Below, piece by piece: positions 1 to 10,660 of a stretch of 64,000 bases of DNA; within the stretch, counting starts at the first letter, position 1, and each line of letters opens with the position of its first letter. The translations under genes were made by a program, and so were the position numbers. Source of the DNA: Octopus sinensis (lineage: Eukaryota); assembly GCF_006345805.1 (NCBI RefSeq), contig NC_043006.1, forward strand, positions 72,478,001 through 72,542,000. Direction: 5' to 3'. Below the pieces are notes generated by a model. The model was not told the DNA's origin. It did no database searches and saw only the letters and a list, made by a program, of their open reading frames with translations.

Positions 1-420
1 ACTTTCCTAATTCCACCATTGATATTATTTAAAATAAAATGAGTTTTCTAGTTAATCCACACTCTGATATGAAGAACGTTAAGAAATCCAATAAAACTAT
101 CACATTCGCAAATAAATAGACGATGTATATGAATTAAACAAAAAACATGAACAATCAACTCTTAAACAATGTTACCACAAACTATAGAAAGGCAATCTTT
201 TAAAAGCAAACTACTTATAAAATATACAAAAGGGTCATTCATTCAACACATAAAGAGCTTTTTTATATCAGACATTGTATTGTGAGATTTCTGAAGACAG
301 TCTATTTATCCAGCAATAATGAATCATTATGTGTATACCCCACTTTCTTTGGTTCTATTGTTTTATGTTTTAATGAAATCTTTCTACTTAAATCAGCAAG
401 CTTTGCTCTCCACTATACCA

Positions 421-905
421 CCCAACCTTTCCTTGTCCACTGCCAAATGGTCACTCCTCAGCAGATGCCTTCGCTTCACACCTCTCATGTCCCACTGACA
501 AATTTGGGACCCACACTGATGTCAGCAAGTTCCTGTGCCTCATCAAACTACACACGTTTTTCCACAAGTCCACATAGTGTCACGACAATTGGGATGGCTT
601 CTTGGAGCTGGGGTGCCACCTCCAAGCCAGTTCAGTAGCCTAGACTTGCTCATGCATGACTACAATGTGCTGGTCGACTGATTCAATTTAAAAACAGGTG
701 CCTCCAGACCAACATCATCCAGGCTGAATCGATCGCCCATCTGTCACTACAACGACATTGTCATCAAGCCAGCTGACAAAGGTGGAGCAGTGCAGACCTA
801 AACAGGGAGGAAGATTTTTACCTTTCTTTCCTTCACAGAGCGTCTGCTAATACTTTGCATGTACCACATCCTCGTGTTGGTGTTTTTTCTTGTGTTTATT
901 CTTCG
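421..905 (+). mobile_element. Penelope-like element fragment (ORF N-terminal region plus part of the pLTR)
   Basis: Frameshifted peptides NLSLSTAKWSLLSRCLRFTP, DVSKFLCLIKLHTFF and NDIVIKPADKGGAV (751-792), typical of PLE RT. Segment 820-900 is homologous to the pLTR part at 3500-3560. Confidence 0.75.
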
Positions 906-1456
906 TTTTTTGGGGGATTAAATATATATATCTATATTTATAAAACTGAGAATGTTTGTATGTGTACATCACTAAAACTCAACCCAACCAATTTCATTCA
1001 AATTTTACACATGCCTTGCTTAGGGTCCATGCAGTGTCATGGGACAAAAAAGTTTTCAACTTCTTGCCTAATGCGAGCCCTAAGCAATCTCTTATCTCTT
1101 ACACTATTTCAGTATTACATGTCAAAAGTGAAACAATAACATCTCTATTGTAATGAGAGATACTTTCAGCTTAATACTGAAACTATTATCTCACATATAT
1201 AGATGCATACACACACACACACACAAAGTATACACACATATATGTATGTATATATAAATATGTATTTATATTTATATATGTGTATGTATATATATATATA
1301 TATGTATGTATATATACATATATCCTTAAATCCTTAAAAGTGTTTTAGCCCAAAGATCGCGGCCCACCGCTGAAAATGTACATATGTATATATATATATG
1401 AATATATACATATATATGTATATATACATATATATATGTATATATACATATATATA

Positions 1457-1686
1457 TTTCTTTACTACCCACAAGGGGCTAAACACAGAGGGGACAAACA
1501 AGGACAGACAAAGGGATTAAGTCGATTCCATCGACCCCAGTGCGTAACTGGTACTTAATTTATCGACCCCGAAAGGATGAAAGGCAAAGTCAACCTCGGC
1601 AGAATTTGAACTCAGAACGTAACGGCAGACGAAATACGGCTTCGCATTTCGCCCGGCGTGCTAACCTTTCTGCCAGCTCGCCGCCT
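1457..1686 (-). mobile_element. Young tRNA-derived SINE with a Nin-like central domain (family C in this window)
   Basis: GAGTTCAAATTC box-B-like head and GACTTTGCCTTTCATCCTTTCGGGGTCGATAAA core; CpGs intact. Decayed copies lie at ~4090-4280, 5173-5370, 10700-10900, 10960-11135, 22690-22880 and 54000-54150. Confidence 0.8.
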
Positions 1687-2783
1687 TATATATACATATA
1701 TATATGTATATATACATATATATATGTATATGTACATATATATATGTATCTACTACATATTTGGAAAATCGGTGTGTGTTTGTTTGTGGCGTTGTTAGCA
1801 AACACCTCCAGCATTGTTTTATTGTTTCTGATGAAACTTATCACATGAGTAGAATTTGTGTCTGGAAACCTTAAATTGGTGAAAAAAATCGATAATACGG
1901 CCCCTGGAAAGGACCTTTATATCTACCTCATATAACTAATTTTTTTTTAACACCCAAGGGAAATAACCCATAGCACCTGTATAGTATTTTTTTAAACCCT
2001 CAAAGGAAATAACCCATTTCATTGTTTATGTTCGATTATGTTGAATATTGGTTTTTTGTGTGTCCTATTTCTAATTTTTGCAGACAATATCACTTTTATA
2101 CTTTATTTGACATGTGAGTAGAACTCATGTCTGGAAACCTCGTGACATACTTAGAATGTTGAAAAAAAAAATCAATAATAGGGCCCTTCCAATGGATCCT
2201 TCTATCTACTACATATTTCTAATAGTTTATCTAAACAATCTAAGGGAAATAACCCATACCAGGAAATAACCTATACCACCTGCAGATCTTAGTGAAGCAA
2301 TCAATATTTGATTATCATGATCAGCCAACCTAATTCTGCATTTCCCTACTCACAGTTTTAAACTGCTACACATTATTATTGCACTTCCTTAATTTGAATC
2401 TTAAACATTAAAAACTTCCAGCTTGCCAGCCCTGATTAAACCATCCAACCCATGCCAGCATGGACAATGGACGTTAAATGATGATGATGATGGTTACTAC
2501 CATTGATTTCAATGTGTAAGTGTTTGAAGGAGAGGATTTAAGAAAAAAAAGTTTTAAAATAAATTTGCTTGGGATTGGACAAATATGTTTGTGATTACAG
2601 GATATAATTCTTTTATTGTTTTGATGCATCATGACATTTTACACCATACAGATAAATCTAAGCAATAACTTTCCCAAGATGTCAAATTAAGCTGTAGAAA
2701 TTTTAGTGATTGTCCAGGTCAAACCGTCCACCCCATGCCAGCATGGACAATGGACATTAAATGATGATGATGATATATCCATA

Positions 2784-3055
2784 TAGGCGCATGCATAGCT
2801 GTGTGGTAAGACGCTTGCTTCCCAACTATATGGTTCGAGGTTCAGTCCCACGTGTGGCACTTGGACAAGTGTCTTCTACTATGCCCTTGGGCTCACCAAA
2901 AACTTGTGAGTGGGTTTGGTAGATGAAAACTGAAAGAAGCCCATTATATATATCTATGTGTGTGTGTCTTTGTGACTGTGTTCATCCTCCAATACAGCTT
3001 GACAATCAGTGTTGGTCTGCTTACATTCCTGTTATTTAGCAGTTCAGCAAAGAGG
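2784..3055 (+). mobile_element. tRNA-derived SINE (family A)
   Basis: Box A (GCTGTGTGGTAAG), box B (GGTTCAGTCCC), GGCAAGTGTCTT body and internal TA/TG microsatellite; homologous to the copy at 61738-62325. Confidence 0.75.
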
Positions 3056-3059
3056 ACTT

Positions 3060-3720
3060 ATGGAATCATTAGAGGTAATGAAGTGTTCAGATGGCACCTC
3101 AAGGTATGAGTTATGATGATTGGGGACAGAGAAACTGGGACTGTGTGTGTGGCAGGGGGGCTTGCAAATGTGTATGGGGAAGGCAAAAAATCAGAGAAAT
3201 GGGAGTGAAGAGAGGTAGGTAACATCTGTAAAAATAGGGCTCGGGGTTAAAGGGTGGATGGAAGGCATATCGGATACAGGGGATGGGGCTGGATGATGGT
3301 CAGTGGTGCATGAGTTTGGGAGGTTAGAGGTATGCTAGTAACAGGATAATGATGATGATACAGGTGACTGGTGGACAACAAGAGGGTGTTGACAGGTGTT
3401 GAAGTAGGCTATAGGAGAAGATATATATATGTGTGTGTGTGTGTGTGTATGTATGTATATATATATATATGTATAATTAATAAAAAAAACAAAGAAAACA
3501 TCAATGAGATGATGGGGTACATGCAAAGTATTAAATGACACTCAAGGAAGGAAAGAAAGGGTATTTTACGTTTCAAGTAAAGCTCTTCTTCAGAAACAGG
3601 AGACAGAGGAAAGTCCAAGAGAAAAGGAAGACGAAGGAAAAAAATCCCCAACAATCTACAAGTTTCCAAATTACAGTTGGTAGGGATATAGACTCCATAT
3701 GGGTACTGTAGTTGCATGTA
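3060..3720 (-). mobile_element. Penelope-like element remnant with pLTR
   Basis: Minus strand carries the PLE-type CTGAAGAAGAGC..GAAACGT motif, followed by CTTTCTTTCCTTC..TACTTTGCATGTACC shared with the copy at 820-900. Confidence 0.55.
3562..3600 (-). ncRNA. Degenerate minimal type I hammerhead-ribozyme-like motif in a PLE pLTR
   Basis: TGTTT-CUGAAGA-A-GAGC-UUU-ACUU-GAAAC-GUA-AAAUA: core boxes present, stem I pairs, stem II damaged. Confidence 0.45.
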
Positions 3721-5009
3721 CCAGTTATTAATGCTGGCTAACCTCCATGAGTCTATAAAAATCTCCAGTTAGTTTGATTTACGAGCCTCAGTTTATTTTC
3801 ACATCAGTAAATCCAAATGTTTCTATAGTGATTGCATGTTTTTGGTAGAGAAAATAATGAATTTATAATAAAGGAGAATAGAGATTTATATCCATTTTTA
3901 TTCAGCAGTTAATTACTTCTTTTCGTTTCTGCACCTACACATGTTTCTGTAGTAATTAACTAATGCACACTACAAAATTTGCATCGTTATGTGCACTTGT
4001 TAGATGCCACTTCATTGGGGTAGAAACAACCGCATTGTTCAGATAGAATCCAAATTAGAGTCTAATTATATATATATGTCTGTGTTTAAGGCAATAAACT
4101 GGCAAAATCATTAGTATGCTGGACTAAATGCTTTGTGGCATTTTGTCCATCCTTACATTTTGTGTTTCAACTCTGTTGAGATCAACTTTGCCTTTCATCC
4201 TTTCAGGATCAATAAAATGAGTACCAGTTGAACACTGGGATTGATGTAATCAGCTTAATCCCACCCTTGAACTTGCTGGCTTGGTGCCAAAATTTGAAAC
4301 CAATATATGTATGTGTTGTGTGTATGTGTGCGCATGTAAAAACTAGGCTTTTGCACACTTTCCATCTACCAATTTCCAATCACAAAATGTTGGTTAGCCC
4401 AAGGCTTTGGAAGAAATATTTCCTTGCCAAACTTACTGCACAGTGAGATAGATCCTGGAACTGAATTGCTATGAGGGAAACTTAATCACATAGCCAAAAC
4501 TCAGTACCTATTTAGCAGCTAAGCTAACTGGTTTAATTGTCTTTTATCAATAATTTGGTACTCGCCATACTGGACACTTTGAAAGCCAATAAGCATATTT
4601 CTTGTCTCTCAGCACAAACACTACAATTAAAATCTCAAGTTACCAGAGATTTATGAATTTGTTTGCCTTATGGACTGTGTACAACATTTTTGGTTAAATA
4701 CAGAAAATAAAGTGTATATCAAGAGAAAATACTTGGAAATTAGCTGTTGAGCTATTATGAGAATAACAACTGTTAGGAGTGGTTTACAATATCTGTTGTT
4801 TAGTTATGTGGAAAAAAAATGTAATAGGTCACATATGTTCTACTTAAACGTTCTCATTAAGCAGGTTTAAATTGCTGCAGTATATGTAAGAGAAAAAAAA
4901 AGAAAAAAAAGAAAGTGCACACACACACACACACACACACATGAAGAAAATAAATAAAAACAAATAGAATGTGTTAATAACAAAAATCTTATCTCTTCTT
5001 ATAAACATA

Positions 5010-5158
5010 CAGGGCCAGCTCAAGGTACTGGCAACTTGGGAAGTCACCCGGGGTGCCAAGGAGGGTATGACAAAGACAAGGAAATTTCCATGATTGTCAG
5101 CTTGTACATGCCGAAGTTTAGCTTGCCCGGGGCACCATTAACCCTAGGGCCGGCCCTG
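5010..5158. mobile_element. hAT (Tip100-like) MITE, 149 bp
   Basis: TIRs CAGGGCCAGC / GCCGGCCCTG; flanks TAAACATA and TAAATGCA look like a decayed 8-bp TSD. Confidence 0.7.
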
Positions 5159-6349
5159 TAAATGCATTAAGGTAGAGAACTAGCAGAATCATTACATACT
5201 GGACAAAATGACTCAGTATTTCGTCTGCCTATAAACTCTGAGTTCAAATTCCACCAAAATCAATTTTGCCTTTCATCCTTTTGATGGTCAATGAAATAAG
5301 TATCAGTTGATAACTGGGGTCAGTATGATCAACTAGTCTCCTCCACCAGAACTTCAGGCCATGTGCCTATCATAGAAAGAATTATTGTAAGTACACTATT
5401 TTGACTTCAGTAGGATTTGAAGTCAGAGTATAAACAGCTGGAATAAATATAGCAAAGCATTTTTTAATGTTCTAACAACTCTACCAGTTTGCTTACATTC
5501 TGTATAAAGGTGTGTAAATGAGGTTGCGTGCTTGGCAGAGTGGTAAGGAAGTTTATATAGCAATCAAAAGATCCCAGGTTAACTCCAACTGTGGAGCACA
5601 TTGGGCTAGAGTCTTTTGCCATAGCCTTAGGTTGAGCCATGCCTTGCAAGTGAAACTGGGCAAATGAAAACTGTAAAGAAACCCATCAGATGAACTGTAC
5701 TTGTAATCCAAAGGTACAACCATGACCCACATTGTGCCACACTGATTTTACCAAAGAATTGTGTTGATGAGGATATGTGTGTGTGTTTGAAATACTCAAC
5801 TATTTATTTACATATTAATTCAATGAGTAAATAGAACAAGAACCACCAAAACTGAGCACTTAATATTTATATGACTCTATGTGTGTGTGTGTGTGGCATG
5901 TGTCTACTATGTTGTCTGTATTTAGTTTGTCATGAAGATAAAGTTACATACATCACATGACTCACTTCCTTATGTTAGTCTACTAACATGGTTATGAGAC
6001 CATGAAATCAGGAATTGCATTTTCCGTGTTCAATCCACATAATTACTAAAGTTGCGACATGGTAGCTGCTGCTGCTGTGCTGCTCTTCTTCTTCTTCTTC
6101 TTATTATTATTATTATTACTATTATTATTACTATTATTATTATTATTATTAATTTGTTTAAAGTCATACAGGTTTGTGTTACTCATTACACTCTCTTGTT
6201 CAAATAGCCTAGACTCTGGTGCATATTAAAGCAATGTGGGGAAAAGGTTGTTGGATACAAGGCTGGTGGCTCAAGAGTGCTGAAGATGAAATTTGCTGCA
6301 CAGGCTTCAATAACAGATGAGACCTCCACACCTAAAAAAAATTCAGTTT

Positions 6350-6703
6350 TGCATAGGAGGTCTACTAAACCTAAAAGAGCAAAAACCAAGGAAGAATTTC
6401 TTCATGGTTTTCTGTTTGCTGATGATTGTACTTTGATTTCTCGTACATTTGAGGAAGTTCAGGAAAGAGCAAACAGGTTTGCTACAGCAGCTTTTGCATT
6501 TTGACTGATTATCAAAATCAACAGGACTGAAGTTTTATTCCAACCAAAGCCTGAGACAGAATATACTCAAGATTTAAATGTGATGATTGACAATAAGCCA
6601 CTCAAGTGGGTTGGATTATTTAAGTATCTTGGGAGTACAATAAACTTTAAGAGCACTCTTGATGATGAAATTAATGTTACAATATCCAAGGCTACAAGTG
6701 CTG
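6350..6703 (+). mobile_element. RTE (BovB-like) LINE reverse-transcriptase fragment
   Basis: RAKTKEEFLHGFLFADDCTL...EVLFQPKP...FKYLGSTI...LDDEI..TISKA, with one internal stop. Confidence 0.85.
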
Positions 6704-7014
6704 AGCCAATAAGTAGATGGATAATGTGTTAAAGGAAGACCCATCATTATGTGTAAGGATAAGGATAAATTAAAGCAATCACTAAAATTTCTACAGCTTA
6801 ATTTGACATCTTGGGAAAGTTATTGTTTAGATTTATCTACTTGGTGTAAAATGTCATGATGCATCAAAACAATGAGTTGAAGCAACAGAACAATAAAAGA
6901 ATTATATCCTGTAATCACAAACATATTTGTCCAATCCCAAGCAAATTTATTTTAAAACTTTTTTTTCTTAAATCCTCTCCTTCAAACACTTACACAAATC
7001 AATGGTAGTAACCA

Positions 7015-7930
7015 TCATCATCATCATTTAACGTCCATTGTCCATGCTGGCATGGGTTGGACAGTTTCATCAGGGCTGGCAATCTTGAAGGCTGCACCAG
7101 ATTCCAGTCTGATTTGGCATGGTTTCTACAGCTGAATGCTCTTCCTAATTCCAACCACTCCAAGAGTGTAAAGGGTACTTTTATGTGCCACTGGCACAGA
7201 TGCCATTTGCGTGAAAATGGTATCTGTCACAATGGTGATTTTATTTGACTTGATGAGTCTTTTTCTCAAGAAGCACAACATAATGCCAAAGGTCTTGGCC
7301 ATTGCCTCTATGAGGCCCAACACATGAAAGGTGCTTTTTATGTGTCACTGGCATGGGTGCCAGTTATGTGACACCAGCATCAGCTATGATTGTGATTTGA
7401 CTTGGCTTGACGGGTCTTCTCAAGCACAGCATATCATCAAAGGTCTCAGTCACTAGTCATTGCCTCGGTGAGGCCCAAAGTTCGAAGATCATGCTTCACT
7501 ACCTCATCTCATGTCTTCCTGGGTCTACCTCTACTACAGGTTCCCTCTACAGTTAGAGATCAGCAATTCTTTACATAGCTGTCCTCATCCATATGCATCA
7601 CATGACCATACCAGCACAGTTGTCTCTTTTGCACACCACATCTGATGACTCTTATGCCCAACTTTTCTCTCAAGATACTTACACCCTGTCGAACATGCAC
7701 ACTGACATTGCACATCCAGCGAAGCATATTGGCTTCATTTCATTCAAGCGTACGCATGTCCTTGGCTGTCACGGCCCATGTTTGACTGCCATGTAGCATA
7801 GCTGTTCTCACACAGGCATCAGACAATCTGGCTTTCACTCTGAGAGAGAGACCCTTTGTTGCTAGCAGAGGTAGGAGCCCTCTGAGCTTTGCCCAGCCTA
7901 ATCTTATTCTCACAGCTCTGCTCTGCTCTT
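7015..7930 (-). mobile_element. RTE LINE 3' end with long 3' UTR and (GAT)n tail (family B)
   Basis: RIRLGWAKLRGLLPLLATKGLSLRVKARL.DACVRTAMLHGSQTWAVT...WYGHV...RGRPRKT, followed by the tail ending CATGGACAATGGACGTTAAATGATGATG. Confidence 0.85.
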
Positions 7931-8896
7931 GGAGTATCCAGAACACAACAGAAGTTAAAATGCCATTGCCCTCTATGTTACACCCTCAAGTGGAATTTGA
8001 ATTGAACACTTAGCAATATGGAGATCCAGCTGCTTATTGTGTGAAAAGGGAAACTGGTGGTGGGGTGATACTGTAATCCAGTAATGTCTGCTTACTTTTA
8101 AATGGATTGAATCATAGAGTGATAAGTGCTTTTGCCACAAACTCTGTGCAGTACCTTTAGCTTAAAGTATAACAATATGACTGAAGGAAAACACTTCAGA
8201 AGAAATACTCAGCTTACTAAATACCACTATGCAAGAGTTTTATATAATTAATATAAGTTGAAAAACTTTGATTAGCTGAGATTATCCAATCAATTAGTAG
8301 ACAAAAACTCTCACTAGAAGTGTTAAAAATCTAAATTAAAAAGCTAGATAAGGGGAACAACTACATTAAGATCAGTTGATTGAAGTTTTCTGACAATGTT
8401 GGTTATAGAGATTGGAGTGCAGTGGATTTCTTCTTTAAAGGACAATACTGCACTGTCTAAATTGACAACAACTCATATAGTTTTAAAAGTGAAAATGCTG
8501 CTGATCAAGTATCTTCCCTAATAAATTAAAACAGCAGCCATCGCAGGAAACAAATTCCATATTCTTTCATTCACCTATAATATAGAATTTATTGTTGTTG
8601 TTGAGTAGCCCCAGGTCAGGTCTGATCAAGCAATTTTATGACTCCAAGCCAAATGACTACAGAATGAGACAATTGGATGTGACAGATTGGATGCTGATGA
8701 TATGGCATGACTGACTAGACATTCAACCTGTTTTGGCAACAGTACATTTTGGTGCTGGAGGAATAGATGCACACACATATGCAAGTGCAGAAATATACAC
8801 ATACAGATACAAAGTGTGTGTGCGTGTGTGTGTGCCTGTGAGGGTGAGGGTAAGAGAGAAAGAGACATTACACATGCAAACAAACATAATCTAGAT

Positions 8897-9139
8897 CAGT
8901 GGTTCCTAAACTCTTTCAGGCTGCCACCCACTTGGCACCTACGTTGCATTCCTAGTGACCCCTCGACCACTCACTATCACCACAAACATAGATCACTTTC
9001 TGCAGCAAATTTAAAACAACTGTATTTCACAAATAAAACTTAACCTAGTTAACCCATTATTTTATTGTTTTTACATCCATTGTCCCCATTTAGCCACACC
9101 ATTATCACCCCACTTTTTTCTGGATCTTGGGAACCAATG
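8897..9139. mobile_element. hAT (Charlie-like) MITE remnant
   Basis: Imperfect TIRs CAGTGGTTCCTAA / TTGGGAACCAATG. Left flank ATCTAGAT is a Charlie-type target; the right TSD is not conserved. Confidence 0.5.
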
Positions 9140-9514
9140 AAGTAAAGGATGACCACACACATAAACAGAGAAAAAGAGAGAGAGAGCAAGAGAGAAACAT
9201 TAAAGTGTCTTATGTTAAATAAATCAATGTCCAACTTGTGATGCCAAATAGGTGGTACCAAAACAGCTGTGCCAAATTGTCCCATACCCAGAAGACTATG
9301 TTTTAGCCAGTTATATCATATCATTCCAGTTACACCATGCAGCTATGTAACTGAGACTCAAATTGCACACTGTGAGTGTTTAGATATGTTGTACTCTCTC
9401 CATTGCTTGCCCTGTCTAATTATGTATACTTGTTGCTATTACCATATTTCTAACAAACTATAACCAAGTTTGGTTGTTTTTTTTTGTATTCTATGTAAAA
9501 ATGTTAAAGTAACA

Positions 9515-9671
9515 GACATGGCTGTGTAGTTAAGAAGCTTGCTTTTCAACCACTTGGTTTCAGGTTCAGTTCCACTGTGTGGCACCTTGAGTAAATGTCT
9601 ACAACTGTAGCCCTGGGTTGACCAATGGCTTGTGAGTGAATTTGGTTGGAGGAAACTGTGTGGAAGTGCAT

Positions 9672-9704
<33 letters not shown>

Positions 9705-9925
9705 ATGTACATATGTCTTTGTGTTTGAATCTCCCCCCCACTCCACTCACTGCTTGACAACTGGTGCTGGTTTGTTTATGTCCCTGTAACTTAATGGTTC
9801 AGGAAAAGGGACTGATACTATAAATGCCAGACTTTAAAATATGTACTGTGTTTGAATTTCTTGAGTAAACCATTCAAGACAGTGCCCCAGCATGGCCACA
9901 ATCCAATGATTGAAACAAGTAAAAG
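9515..9925 (+). mobile_element. tRNA-derived SINE (family A), full length
   Basis: Head, TG microsatellite and 3' part ending ATGATTGAAACAAGTAAAAG. Confidence 0.75.
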
Positions 9926-10417
9926 AAAAAGAAGATGGCATTATGTATCACAAAACTCACTGAATGTGGAAGGCTGTTTTTCATTGATGTGTATATGAGA
10001 CCATTATTTTACAAAGGATGAAGGCTTTAAGGATTAAAATGGGGCTAATGAATTGCCATCAACAGAGTACACATCACACCAGCTGGAGCAACTCCTCTCT
10101 CAACTCCAACCAGCACTTCTATTTGGTTTTGAGGATTTGCTTTAGTTGCTTTAGTTACCACACTAGGCCTCTGGGTTGGCAAGGGAGCTCTTTGTTAGGC
10201 ATCTAGGTGGAATGTGACTCAGAATTCAGAGCTGTAACAAATACTGCAAGACATAGGATCCAGTAGTCTGAGGTTTATTGCACAAACTGTCATATTATCT
10301 CTCTTTATGAATATATGAATACCTGCTGTTCTGATTATGATAAAAATGATGCTGAAAATTTTAAGCCATTAAAATATTTTGCAGATAAAATACTAAAAAG
10401 ATATGATTTCATGCCTC

Positions 10418-10660
10418 ATCATCGTTTAATGTCCGTTTTCCATGCTAGCATGGGCTGGATGGTTTGACTGGGGTCTGGGAAGCCAGGAGGCTGCGCCAGG
10501 CTCCAGTCTGATCTGGCAGTGTTTCTACGGCTGGATGCCCTTCCTAACGCCAACCACTCCATGAGTGTAGTGGGTGCTTTTTATGTGCCACCGGCACAGG
10601 GGCCAGAGGGGGCTGGCAAAGGGCCACGATCGGCTGGTGCTTTATACATGCCACAGGCAC
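10418..10660 (-). mobile_element. RTE-tail SINE/LINE 3' fragment (family B)
   Basis: CATCATCGTTTAATGTCCGTTTTCCATGCTAGCATGGG... identical in layout to the other family B copies. Confidence 0.8.
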
